A stretch of 64,000 nucleotides of DNA from Octopus sinensis (GCF_006345805.1 NW_021825710.1:248001-312000), one strand, 5' to 3'; counted from the stretch's first letter, positions 1-13,097 are shown. Translations and numbers: made by a program. The notes: generated from the sequence alone by a model not told the origin.

Positions 1-134
1 CTTGGCATGAGGAAGGATATCCAGTCACAGAAACCATATCTAACAGACACAGGAGCTGAAAACTAACCTCTAGCTCACTGTCAAACTGTCCAACCCATGC
101 AAGTATGGAAAACAGATGTTAAATGATGATGATG
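1..134 (+). mobile_element. RTE-type 3' tail fragment
   Basis: Ends in ccaacccatgcaagtatggaaaacagatgttaaatgatgatgatg, the same 3' terminus as the RTE at 208-4376 but in the opposite orientation. Confidence 0.75.
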
Positions 135-207
135 CTTCTATGTGTACAGAAATATTTAATTAGGCTAAAACAGTATTTCACAAATGTCTAATACATTTTT
201 AAGCAAT

Positions 208-3200
208 ATCAACATCATCATTTAGCATCCGCTTTCCATGCTAGCATGGGTTGGATGGTTCAACTGGGGTCTGTGAAGCCGGAAGGCTGCATCAGGCCCA
301 GTCTGATCTGGCAGTGTTTCTACGGCTGGATGCCCTTCCTAACGCCAACCACTCCGTGAGTATAGTGGATGCTTTTTTACGTGCCACCCGCACGGGGGCC
401 AGGCGAGGCTGGCAACGGTCACGAACGGATGGTTCTCTTACGTGCCACCAGCACTGGTAACTCAGCAGCAATTTCCATTGATCGATTTCGATTCTGATCC
501 TCACTTGCCTCAACAGGTCTTCACAAGTAGAGTTTTGTGTCCCAAGAAGGAAAGGTATGCATATGTAGGCTGGCTCCATCCCATGTAGAAGGCCACGGGT
601 GATGGTCTCACTTGTCCTGCCGGGTCTTCTCGCGCACAGCATACTTCCAGAGGTCTCGGTCTCTAGTCATTTCCTCAGTGAGACCTAAAGTTCGAAGTTC
701 ATGCTTCACCACCTCGTCCCAGGTTTTCCTGGGTCTGCCTCTTCCACAGGTTCCCTCAACCGCTAAGGTGTGACACTTTTTCACACAACTATCTTCATCC
801 ATTCTCGCCACATGCCAATACCAGCGCAAACGTCTCTCTTGCACACCACAGCTGATGCTTCTTAGGTCCAGCTTTTCTCTCACTTACACAGAGGTACTTA
901 CACTCTGTCGAGTATGAGTACTGACATTACACATCCATCGGAGCATACTGGCTTCATTTCTTGCGAGCTTATGCATATCCTCAGCAGTCACGGCCCATGT
1001 TTCACTGCCATGTAGCATGGCTGTTAGTACACACGCATCATACAGTTTGCCTTTTACTCTGTGTGAGAGGCCTTTTGTCACCAGCAGAGGTAAGAGCTCT
1101 CTGAACTTTGCCCAGGCTATTCTTACTCTAGCAGTTACACTTTCAACACATCCGCTCCCGCTACTGACTTGGTCACTTATGTAACGGAAGCTATCAACTA
1201 TTTCTAGTTTTTCTCCCTGGAAAGTGACGGAAGTTGGTCTCAGAGCATTTTCAGTGTTTATTGTTCCTGAGCATCTGTCACATACAAAAACCATCTTCCT
1301 AGTTAGCCTTCCTTTGACATTGCTGCACCTCTTATATGTCCATAGCTTACACTTGGTGCATCTTATAGAGTTTCTACCTACACCTTTTCTACAGATCAAG
1401 CAGGGCCATCTACCTGAAGGCGTTTGTGATTTGTCTACCTTCCTACATATTAGGACTTTGGTTTTAGCTAGATTGACTCTAAGGCTCTTCGATTCTAATC
1501 CTTGTTTCCACACCTGAAACTTCTCCTCCAGTTCTGATAGTGACTCAGCAATTAGAGCAAGGTCATCAGCATAGAGGAGCTCCCAAGGGCATCCTGTCTT
1601 GAATTCCTCCATTATTGCCTGGAGGACTATGATAAATAGGAGGGGGCTGAGGACTGAGCCTTGGTGGACCCCTACCTCTACCCGGAATTCTTCACTGTAC
1701 TCGTTGCCAACCCTCACCTTACTAGCAGCATCCCTGTACATGGCTCGCACAGCTCTCACTATCCATTCATCTATCCCTAGTTTCCTCATTGACCATCAGA
1801 TAAGGGATCAGGGGACCCTGTCGAAGGCTTTCTCCTGCAGCTGCCTTACCAGGAATATAGCATCAGTGGTACTTTTCCCTGGCACAAACCCAAACTGCAT
1901 CTCATCTAAACTAACTCTCTCTCTGTAATTAGTTGGGCTATGGCCCTCTCCGTAACCTTCATCACCCGATCCAACAGCTTGATACTTCTGTAATTATTTG
2001 TATCTAGGGTGTCACCTTTACCTTTGTAGCAGTTGGCTATTATGCTGCTACACCAGTCATCGGGTATTACTCCTTTGTGTATCACCTGATTAACTATACG
2101 GGTGACTAGGCTATAGCCGACACTACCAGACATTTTGAGCATCTCTGCGGTGATTCCTGATGGGCCTGGGGCTTTCCCTGTCTTCATGCTTCTAATTGCC
2201 TTAACTACCAAGGAACTATCAACTCGGATAGCTGGTCCCTCTGTTGGGTCAACATTCGGCAGACTCTTTATCCCATTCATTTTCTTTATTCAGCAACCTT
2301 TCATAGTGGCGTCTCCAAACCTCTCTCTTTGCATCCTCATTTAGTGCAAGTGAACCATCTTCCATGTGAACACACTTCTCTCCTACCACATCACGATTCT
2401 CTCTCACACACTGTCTTGCAACGCGAAACACCTCCAGTCTTTGGTCCTCACGGCGCAGAACATTGGCAAATTTTTTCTTATCTGCTTCCCCTCTGGCTAA
2501 ATAAACCTGTCTCCTAGCTTCTCTTTTGGCAGTCTGATACAATTCCCTGCTACCCCCATTCTTCCAGTCCTTCCAAGCCTGTCTCTTTTCTCTAATAGCC
2601 CTGTCTACAACATTGTTCCACCACCACGTTATTCTAGGTCGAGAGGGGACCTTGCACCAGCCACAGATCTGGTCAGTGGCTCTCAGCAGGTTGTCCCTTA
2701 GAAACCTCCAGTTGTCTTCAACCCCCTGTGAAGCTCTATCCCCTTCTACTTCGTCAAAGGCTTCAAGTAATATGTCCCTAAGTCTCTGTCCATTTTCAGG
2801 ATCTTTAAGCTTCCAGATCCTTCTTCTCCATGTTGGTCGTCTTCTGGTTGTCCTCCTAGTCCTGATCCGAAAGTCACTAACTACCAGTCTATGTTGTGGG
2901 GTACATTCTTCGCCTGGGAAGGTTTTGGCATTTATAAGCAGCCATCTCTCCCTTTGCCTGGCAAGGATGTAGTCAATTTGGCTGGTATGTTGGCCCGATC
3001 AGTAGGTGACTAGGTGGCTGGTAGGTTTCCTGAAGTTAGCGTTGCAAATCATAAGATTATTTGCATCGCAGAACTCCAGCAGCCTGGTTCCCTCCTCGTT
3101 GCGGGAACCATAGCCATAGCCTCCATGTACGCCATGGAAGCCCCCAGCATGTCGTCCAACGTGACCATTGAAGTCACCAGCACAAAGAGAAGGTCTCTGT

Positions 3201-4376
3201 CGTTCGTCAACGAGGTAGTCTGCAGTAGAGTGTCATAGAATCGGTCTTTCTGTCCATCGGGTAGCCCCGACTGAGGAGCATAGGCTGATATAATGGTTGC
3301 TAAACTATGATGAAGCACTAATCTAATCTAAAGTATTCTGTCACATACTCTGATTACCTCAATTACTTTATCTACCCATTTCTCAGCAATAAGTATACCC
3401 ACGCCACCAACCCCGACAGTGTTCCCTGCCCAGAAAATCTTGTACCTGCGTTCCTTGCCTGTGAGGAACCTAGCAGATCCTCCTCTCCACCTTATTTCTT
3501 GCATGCAACATATATCCACACATCTCCGTTCAAGCATCTCGACTATCTCACCAGACCTACCTTTCAGTGTGCCAACGTTGAGGGTGCCAACCCTGAGGGT
3601 GTGGGAGGCATGAGCCCTAGAGACCCTGGGACGGTGGACAGTAGCTTCATGTACCTGAAAAGAAAGCTTGCATTTGGCAGAATTCATGTGCAAGTAATAA
3701 AGTAGCCTTCAGTACAACCTGCATAACACTAGCCTTTCATATTTTGCACTGTATGAACATTACCTTACATAGGTCAAGACTAGGGGTAGGGATGGTGAAA
3801 GAGCATTTGCAGTCTTCATGGGAAGCAACCCCGGGATGGCAAAGAATAGGAACTTCCGGCATGTGTGGAGGGGGTTGGAGGGCGGGTGCACCATAAACTA
3901 GGAAGAGGTTCTGTTAATCGTCTGAGCAAGAAAGTAGGTTTGAAAAATCTGAGAAAATGAGAATTTTTAGGGGAAAGATAAGTGGCTATGAACTGGGAGA
4001 CAAGACTAAACGAAAAAAATGTTTGAGCTAGACAGGGTAATGAGAGAATACTGAAAGAAAGAGGAACAATATCATGAGAGAGTAATCGAAGAATAGCGAA
4101 AGAATAATGATGATACGTGCAAAGATAGAAGGTAGGGGAAGTGAGGCTGAAAGAAGGATTTCTTAACTTTAACCGTTCATGATCTGTGCATATTTCTTCT
4201 TTAGATATTTGGAAGCAAGTGGGGTTAACGATAATGCGATCGCTCTTTTATATATGGCGATGATGGTTATAGAAGGGGGGGGGGCATAGAGAAACATAGG
4301 GAGAGAGATAGGGTTAGTTAGAGAGGGGTGGAGAGAGGTGGTCGAGGAACACGTGGGAATAAAGCGGTGTGAGGAA
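208..4376 (-). mobile_element. Near full-length RTE-clade LINE (APE endonuclease + RT), inactivated by frameshifts
   Basis: ORF pieces 3328-3693 (LRVGTLNVGTL, DICCMQEIRW), 3049-3318 (ISAYAPQ), 2249-2542, 1906-2280 (KAPGPSGITAEML), 884-1789 (VHQGSVLSPLLF, LLYADD) and 608-883 (GRPRKTW). About 400 bp 3' UTR with (GAT)n tail; about 680 bp putative 5' region ending near 4376 (boundary approximate, no TSD found). Confidence 0.93.
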
Positions 4377-4854
4377 TTATATATATACATTAGGCTAATA
4401 AAGTATTCAATATGTAGGTATGTAAGATATTCTAAACAACACTTTCCAAAGTAAGAAAAGCAATGAACATCTCTTTCAATTTTACTGTTTTCAAATGCAT
4501 ACTATGTTGCTTTTATTATTATTTTCCAAGCTTGCATAAGTTGGATGGGTTTTCTCCAGTATAATAATTCACCATTTGCTTTGGTTCCTTTGCATCTTTG
4601 TGAGGTTCAGCATTCTGAGATCAATCTTCATTATTTCTTCTCATATCTTTTCTCCTGCAGGCTGCTTGACATTTCTTTATTCCGGTATCATCTTTCATTT
4701 GGATAAAAAATCTATATCAACAAAGTTACTTCTCTTCCACATGGCATTTGATTCTTCTACTCTTATATCCAATTTGTTTTTCTTAGATCACATATATACA
4801 TAATTACATGCACATGCATACATAAAAATTTATATAACTAAAGAGTAAAAGCTA

Positions 4855-5170
4855 AGACCCCATTTCAGTATTAAATGACCATGGGATTGCACCTAAAAAT
4901 TTCCCTCTGAGGCACAAGTCTGGGCAAGGTTGTTTTTATGGAAGACCAGCAGTCGCCCATGCATACCAGCCTTCACTCTCCATACCAGTGATGTTATCCA
5001 AAAGAAAAGCACCAGTGACATCACAACTAATTTCTACAGCTGAGTGAACTGAAGCAACATGAAATAAAGTGTCTTGCTCAAAAACACAACACACAGCCTG
5101 GTCCAGGAATTAAACTCACTACCTCATGATTGTGAGCCCGATGCTCTAACCACTAAACCAGGTGCCTTCA
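4855..5170 (-). mobile_element. tRNA-derived SINE (family C)
   Basis: The minus strand begins with a tRNA-like head (tttagtggttagagcatcgggctcacaatc, then gagtttaattcc) followed by ttgagcaagacactttatttc core. Boundaries approximate. Confidence 0.65.
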
Positions 5171-6069
5171 CTATATATAAGAAGACACACAAATATATAC
5201 GCATGCATGTGTGTGCCTTCATTTCTAATGATCTAAAATTCGATGTTGTTTATGTTGTCTCACTTTATGTGCTGTAAAGTAGCTATTTAATAAACAGAAA
5301 TTCATAAAATAAAGTTGAACAGACATACAAAGGAAAAAGTCAAGTCACAGAACAAAAGTTATAATTTTGGCTAGGAAAAATAGTTACAGGAAAAACATTT
5401 AATTCAATTACTATAAATAATAGAGTAATTAAAAAAATAATATATTAAGTTGCTTATTAACTGACAAATTATGCCTTGTACACAGTGACAACATAGTTTA
5501 TATAATGGCATAAAACATATGTGTGACAAAAGTCACATTTTATTCAATATTTTGAAAAGAACATTAAATTAATCAAAATTATGACTTCTAAGCCTGTGAC
5601 TTCTTTTTTTGCCAGGACAACATAAGTATATGGCTTGGAGGTAATATGATTGACTTAACTCTCAAAGGCAGTCCCCTACCTCATGGTCACAGTTGAGAGA
5701 GAGAGAGAGAGAGAGACCCCTACACACACACTTCTAAAAATATTTTTCTCAGTGGTTCTTTCAGTGTTTGCAAGGAAATGTATGTGCAATATGGTTTATA
5801 TTATAACTTAGTTGTTAATTCATATATTTATATCAACATAATCCCATCTGCCAATATTTTATGTCTTTTTTTTTCAGTGCGAGCATGAGGTGGATGGCCT
5901 GTCATGGTCCATGTAAACCTGCATGAACAGAAACAGGAAAAACCAATCATCTTTGAAGTTGTATGTCTTACTGTGGTGACTGGGTGTGTTTTAATATGAT
6001 AGCATAATATAAATATAATATTTATATTATGTGATTGAAAAGGTGCTTCTAATAAATCTTATAGAAGGC

Positions 6070-6121
6070 ATCAAATCTTAGATGGTTGAGTTTGAAATAC
6101 CTCAACCATCTAAGATTTGAT
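6070..6121. repeat. Perfect 21-bp inverted repeat with 10-nt loop
   Basis: ATCAAATCTTAGATGGTTGAG (6070-6090), loop, CTCAACCATCTAAGATTTGAT (6101-6121). Confidence 0.95.
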
Positions 6122-6930
6122 ACATATTAAACTGTATGAACATGATAGGGGATAGAGTTTAATTTCTTCAAGTAGAATGTTGCAAACAGAAAACTCAGGG
6201 TTACTGCTTAGATATAGTGAAAAGTATAATTTAGTAAAGGAAAAATATTTTGTGTAACTACCAAAAACATCTTAATAATACAATTAATGAAGTTTCTGAA
6301 ACTCCAACAGTATTTACAAAGACAGATTACCATTATCACAGACAGAGAGAGAGAGGAGGTGGTAATGATAACTTAATGGATTCTCACTGTTCCATAATAT
6401 ATACTCTTGATTGTACAGCATACAGGAGGAAAGAATTTAGAAATCCTTTTCCTGAATTTTGTTGATAAAAAAAAAATGCTCCCTGCTTCTTTAAATTACT
6501 TCTTATTTTTCTTTAAAAAAAATTAAGACATAGAATAAGTAATAAAAATCAAAACTGAAATAATGAAAGAACAGTAATAATAGCAAAAGATAAAATTTTG
6601 ATTTTTTTTAATAAGAAATAAAAATATCAGTAACTATTATGGTAACAATAAAAATGAAACCACTTTAATTTTTAACCTTTCTTAATAAAAGACATTTATT
6701 TATGTCTTCAAGGGAAATAAAGTTTATTTTCTCTTTCTTACCTTGCCCATTTCACCCATTAAACATACAACGGTTTTGGTTCATATCTTTTATTAAAACA
6801 TGTTAATAAAATACTCCCATAAGTTTTTCTTATTCTTTTCTTTTCCTTATAAGTCTTTTTTCTCCCTATTTTTCTTTCATTTTGATTTATTTATATATAT
6901 ATTTTTGCAGAAGGAAAAGAAAAAAAGAAA

Positions 6931-6934
6931 CAAC

Positions 6935-6986
<52 letters not shown>
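6931..6986. repeat. (AAT)n microsatellite
   Basis: Direct reading of the sequence. Confidence 0.95.
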
Positions 6987-6989
<3 letters not shown>

Positions 6990-7586
6990 GCTTGTCTCCA
7001 TAGGAGAACATTTCATTACCATAGTTCTGATTTCTTGAATTTCACACAGGAAAACAATGTTTTTTTTTTCCTAACAAGGAAAGAAAGTTGTGGAGGTGGT
7101 GTAAGGAATAAGGGTAGGTGCCATCGTTAAAGGGTGTTATTTCAAATTTATTTCTTTAGATCCTTTATTTATCTAGTGGTTTTTATAAGGTGGTGATATG
7201 GATCAAAATTGATAACTACATATTTCTATCAAGTGATTGTTAATGTAAGGATAAACTGTGTTATGTTTATCATTTGGGTGAGAATGATAGTAGCAACAGT
7301 AATAGTAGCAGCAGCAAGATTAGGGTTGATGTTTCTAACAGTGAAAGCATTAATGCTTATAATAAGACCAGCAAGTATGTGAGGGATTGGAATAGTATTT
7401 TCATAGTATCATGTGTTGGTGACAATGGTAGCAGAAAAATGCAAGCTAAAGTAAAATAATCAAGACCTGTACTGTTATATTGGAGATGTAGGTTGTAGTG
7501 GTAGAAATAAATCAAGGTAAGTGTTGATGCAACAGTGATTTTGGCAACAGCATTTAGAAGGCATAGGTTCAGAAAGTGCTTTGTAG

Positions 7587-7587
7587 T

Positions 7588-7628
<41 letters not shown>

Positions 7629-7646
7629 TGAGAGAGAGAGAGAGAG
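7587..7646. repeat. Compound (TG)n(AG)n microsatellite just downstream of the HS2ST1 stop
   Basis: Direct reading of the sequence. Confidence 0.9.
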
Positions 7647-7960
7647 TTGTTGCTATCTTAAAAAATAAAGGTTGCTTCTAATGCATACATAACTGATGTA
7701 ATGATAGCAAGTTAAGTGTTGCAAACTTCACAGGAAATGGCTACTTCAAATGTGTAGGTTATTTGAGAGAGAAGGATCTATCCTAATGGCTGGCAATAGT
7801 TGCTACCAAGATTCAAATAATGGCCACTATATATGTGTATGCATGTATGTCTGCCTATTCTGTAGAGGAAATGGGTGGGGATGAATGGGGAAGAGTTGGA
7901 ATTTCACTTCTCAATTCATTCTAACCTGGAATGACACCTATTCTCTGTCCGACATCAGCT

Positions 7961-8181
7961 TCACCTTGGCCGGATTTTCTCATATATAAATTGATAACCT
8001 TTCTCTATATATTCACCATCAACCAAATCAAAAGTAAGCTGTTTGATAAAATGGAATTGCTCAACTGCAAAATCATAAAATTCTTGTTCCATTTTCCAAA
8101 CTTTTGATTGCTGTATTTTCAATAAAGATGATTCTTTTGGAGGAATTTTGTTGGAAGTTTTCCGTAAATGCGATTTGTGAC
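7961..8181 (-). CDS. HS2ST1: HS2ST1 terminal coding exon (221 bp including TGA)
   Basis: ttttcag acceptor. Encodes (G)HKSHLRKTSNKIPPKESSLLKIQQSKVWKMEQEFYDFAVEQFHFIKQLTFDLVDGEYIEKGYQFIYEKIRPR*, matching the HS2ST C-terminus (KSHLRK, W-K-M-E-x-E-F-Y, YEKI-x-P). Confidence 0.96.
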
Positions 8182-9408
8182 CTGAAAACAAGCATTTTAA
8201 GATATTAGTACTTTAAACTATCTAATAGTAAATAAAGAATTATATGACAATAAACATGATTTTAATATATTTTTATCATTTTATGTTCTTTAAAAAAATT
8301 AAGAAAGAAACACCTTTCAACATCAACCATGCCATCTCTAAAACCAGTTAAAAATCCTTCATTTTTTTTGGTTGTTTGGGCAGAACAGCGCCAAACTTGA
8401 TACGTAATAACTATAAATAATAATTTCTAACTTTCATACAAAGGCATATGAACATCATAATCAACTCAGACAGGATTTGATCTGAAAAGGGACACAACCA
8501 AATATAGCAGTGTATTTAATCAGAAACTCCACAGTTTCTGCATTTCATTGCCTTTTGCATTAGTAATAATGATTTCTAGCAATGGCAGTATGCCAGATAT
8601 TTGATGGTTGGGCTATATAATCAATTGAATCAACTCTTTGACTTGAGTAGTACTTATTGACTTCAGAAAGATGAAAGACAGTTTACCCCAGAGGGATTTA
8701 AACTCAAATCAGATAAATGTAACTAAATACTGTAATGTATTTAGTGTAACCCTCTACTGTTTCAGCAGTTCCACTCCTTTAACATTAATAGTAATGCTTC
8801 CTAACATAAACACACAAGGTCACATATCTGGGGAAGAAGTGTAACTGATTTAATCAACACCAGTACTTGGTGGGTACATTTTTATTGATTCCAACTGAAT
8901 GAAATTAGTACCATTAATATTAATAATAATGATGATGATTCAAGAAAGAAAACCAAGAGCCTTCAATTAGCTGGTAACGTTAAGCACTTGTAGATACAGT
9001 TTGAAGAAAGGCATCTATTGCTTGGGAGACTCTAAGCAATGTCATCTTTATAGAAAGTTGAGGAATGTGATCCAGTTAATTAGAAGTTGCAAAATGCTTT
9101 TGTAGAAAGATCACAAACATCATCATAAACAGTTCATCAGCAGGTTGAGTTTTGCAAAAGTTTCCCATCTTCAAACATCTATAAATGCAAGCATTATACT
9201 AATTCATATGCAAATATCTTACAAAAATGTGCATGTTCTATATACAAAAGTTAAGGAAACTGCATACTTAAAGAATCAGATCCAACAAGTTGGCCCATAT
9301 TCATGACTTGATAAAATAGAATACTATTGTTGTTTCAAATAAATAAAATGTGTTAACAGATATTTAATCAATAAAAAGCAATAATTTTAAGAACTTAATT
9401 ATTCTTAC

Positions 9409-9566
9409 CTGAGTTATAGAGATCTACAGCTCCTTTGAAAAACCGAGGTAGTGTAGCCTCAAGTATGGCAACAAAGTCCCCTAATTCTTCAGTGACGCCA
9501 ACCACAAGATAGTTATTTACAAGGTTGTATTTAGCTTGTTCAAGAGCCCAGCGGTAACCTGGTACC
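9409..9566 (-). CDS. HS2ST1: HS2ST1 internal coding exon (158 bp; equivalent to vertebrate exon 6)
   Basis: gaacag acceptor and gtaaga donor. Encodes (W)VPGYRWALEQAKYNLVNNYLVVGVTEELGDFVAILEATLPRFFKGAVDLYNS(G). Phase 2 in, phase 1 out. Confidence 0.96.
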
Positions 9567-11907
9567 CTGTTCGATTAAGAATGGACATAAAATTAACTAA
9601 AAATCAATCAATTGAAAAGAAATTTTTAAGAGAAAATATCTCAACACAAATGATTTTTTAGAAACAATATTTTTGAATTTTGGCGTTTGTTCTTTTGCAA
9701 ACATTGCTCATAGGAATAATTTGCATGATTTGGTGACTGCTTTTTACAAACAATAATTAGCACTAAGTAGGATTAGCATATTATTTACATTGACATTGAC
9801 CTAGGTAAGTATAACAAAGTACTTAAACTAAGAAAGGAACAGAACAATTGCAAAGAAATGTAAAAAAAAAAAAAAAGATTTAAACCCATTATGGTTTTTA
9901 GTCTGGTCTCATAATTAAAACTAATCCTCCTTAGCTTATGAAGTAATTTAACGAGTTTTGCCAAGCAGCAATACTTAAAGTATTTTAGTTTCTGGAAAAC
10001 CCTGTTAAATAGGAGAGACATTCAATATCTATGGCAAGAAAAGAAAAGGAAAGGAAATCTAACAAATCTTACTTGGATACAACTCCACAGACAGGATGTG
10101 TAACCCAATTCAACATGTCATGCAATGTATCAAATAATGGTTGATGGATTACTTGTGAAACTAACACAAAATATGAACTTTTAACTACACAAGGGAAATT
10201 AGTACTTAGAATGTTTCCTATATCAATGAATGTACTACTTCCAATATGAACTCGATATGTATACTAATCACAGTACTACTATTCATTTCTTAAGGCATAA
10301 TAATATTGATTTTTATGTAAACATAAAACCTTTGATACACATACATAACAGAAATAGAGGGTGAGTATATCCTATGTTGAAAAGTATTTTTGGACAAATT
10401 ATTCTGAAAGAATAATGCAAAATAAAATAAAAAGAACAAAATTAAGACAGATACCATTAAAAGTACATTAAAGATAATTCTGTTAATTTCTTTTCTATTA
10501 ATGCCTAACAGTCATACCTTTACATGTAAAACTTGATTTATAAATATAACTGCCCAAAACTCATATTTATATGGATGAAAAACAATATTACATGATTTTC
10601 ATGGCGTTTTCAAGAACATTGAAAGAAATGTATACATAAAAATATAAGTAATAAAATACAGAGAATAGTAAAATATTGTACAATGGAAGTTTGAATTAAA
10701 TGAGCACTCCAACTGAAAGAGGTATCAGTAAATTATTTCATAGTACTAAACAGACCTTAGATTATCTAAGGTCTGAGTGATTTTTAGATTTAAGTGGAAC
10801 TGAGTAGTGAAAAGGGGCACTGTAGCACTAAGAGCCCTTACCAAAGTAAGATCGAGATAATATTGGATTTGAAAGCATCAGGAGGTTTTACCATAGCAGG
10901 ACTTGCTTTTACCAATGTAGTAAAAATAGTGAAGAACCAACAGGTTCACAAATCCATGCAAGATTTATTTAGTTTCGGCAAGATTATTTACAATGAACAA
11001 GTTGTTGCTGCTATTGAGTGGTTGTGTAAGTTGATTTACAGTACAGCAGTAGCATAACAAAAGCATAAAAATTCAGAAACTCCAGATATGTGTATATGAG
11101 ATTACTATTAAGTCAGTTCAGGGCAAATTTCATAATTCGATCAACATTCTAGGTGTGGCATACAACCGTTAATTGGTGTATACTAACCAAAAATTAATGG
11201 TATATCAAACACATCATCCCAGTTTAAAGAAAGAATGAAGTTACACCGAGCAGAAGCTATATTTAAGCAACTAATATAGTAAACATTAAGCAACAGAAAG
11301 TCAAAAAGAGCAACTGATACCATATAAAAAGTTTGTGGATGTTTAGGTACATTAATAAAGAAGTGTTATAAAGCAACAACATATTTAAAAAAAACAGCTT
11401 TAAACTTGTTGCAGCTGCATGCCTTTCAAAAACAAACTATAAAAATAAAGGAAAATATTCAATTCTATTTTTATCCCATTTGGATGATTCAGACACTAAA
11501 CACTAGTAAAATAACAAAAATAAAAGCATTGCTTTTGAGAATTTCTCATTTAATCAATTAACAAAGAAATAATAAAGAGAAGTTTGATTGAGTAGTATAA
11601 AGTTTAACATTAAGCTTGGATAATTTTCAGCTGCCATTTCAAGAAAAGAAATGGATGCAAATTGGTCAAATGATCATGGAGATGAAACATTTATATTGTG
11701 TAGCACTAGCACCATTTCTTATTCTTGGTAAACAGAGCAACAACAGTTTCAGAGCCAGATGCTACAAATACATTAGATTTGCGAAAACTCAAAGTACATT
11801 TTTAGATCTTGGCAGAAATTGAACACAGAATATTAAAAAAATGGGAAAAAATACCACAAGGCATTTTGTCTGACACTCTAATGATTCTGCCAGCTCACTG
11901 TCTTCTT

Positions 11908-11909
<2 letters not shown>

Positions 11910-11990
<81 letters not shown>

Positions 11991-12042
11991 TAATAATAAT
12001 GATAATAATAATAATAATAATAATAATGATGACAATGACAAT
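11910..12042. repeat. Compound (AAT)n/(GAT) microsatellite
   Basis: Direct reading; it explains the poly-N and poly-Y ORFs in the ORF track. Confidence 0.95.
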
Positions 12043-12590
12043 GCCCAAATGCAATACCAGGCACTGGCTCTCATAGCTTCTGATTTTAACTGATTGGAAG
12101 TGTTATCATGTACATTGTTTTGTCTTGGTATAAAAGATGGGCTACAGCAAATATTCTGTTCAGTACCACGGATTTGCTTGTCAGCTGCTTGACCATTACC
12201 AGTTGAGCATGTCCCTTAGTGGCTGATGATATGTGCATCTCTGATCGCGAGCAGTAGTGGGGGAGCATCATAGTTATGTGTTGAGAGAAACTCTTTGCAT
12301 TTTGAATAACTTACCTCTGGAAACATGAATGTTTCATTCAACATCCTTAAACAACCCTTATTCAGGGTCTTTTGGGGGCAGGATGGGTTCCTTGACCAGA
12401 AGAAAATTCTAACTGGGCCTCACCTACAAGGTCATGTACAGTTTATCTTGATATGAGATCATTATGTCAAGCACATATGGTTGTGATGCATGTACCTGGT
12501 GTACCCTTATCAGATAGGTAGTCATGATGGGTATATTGGGCTTTTTATATTTGTACCCCAGTGTCACTTTGATGGCATGTGCTACTCTCT
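12043..12590. mobile_element. Unclassified ~550-bp element bounded by (AAT)n on both sides
   Basis: A GC-richer block with sharp AAT-tract borders and no ORF homology. Classification as an interspersed repeat is inference. Confidence 0.45.
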
Positions 12591-13097
12591 CAATAATAAT
12601 AATAATAATAATAATACTTTCTACAATAGGTACAAGTGTATCAACTCCAGTACTCAAGTGGCGCTTATTTCACTGACCCCAAAAAGATGAAAGCCAAAGT
12701 CAATTTCAAGTGACATTTGAACTTGGAATGTAAAAAGTCAGAAAAAATGACACTAAGCCTGTTGTCTAGTATAATAACAATTCTGCCAGCTTTCTGCTTT
12801 AATAACAACAATAATGGTTTCTGATTAATAATAATAATAATCTTTTCTTTATTAACCAAAAAGGCTTTAATCAGGACTCAAAATCATCACTGATGTACTT
12901 GTCAGTGATCCCTGTATTTCTCCTTGCAAAACCTGTGGATTCAGCTCATGGGTAGATGTCTTGTACATTATTTGGGTTTAATTTTCACTGCATCCTGCTT
13001 TAAAGAATAGTACATATAGAGTCATATGACCTCCCTCTCTCAATGTAGGATATTTCATTTAAAATATTGTCCAGAACTGTCTCCTGTTCATGTTTAC

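Noticed and set aside
6800-7130. ORFs with poly-N and poly-I runs
   Set aside because: Produced by the (AAT)n tract; no protein homology.
10070-10160. Minus-strand exon-like frame ending in gtaaga near exon 6
   Set aside because: No clear acceptor and the peptide is unrelated to HS2ST.
10794-11057. 87-aa plus-strand ORF
   Set aside because: Starts at a non-ATG codon with no recognisable motif or splice signals.
11789-12093. Poly-Tyr/His and poly-Asn ORFs
   Set aside because: They are translations of the (AAT)/(GAT) microsatellite.
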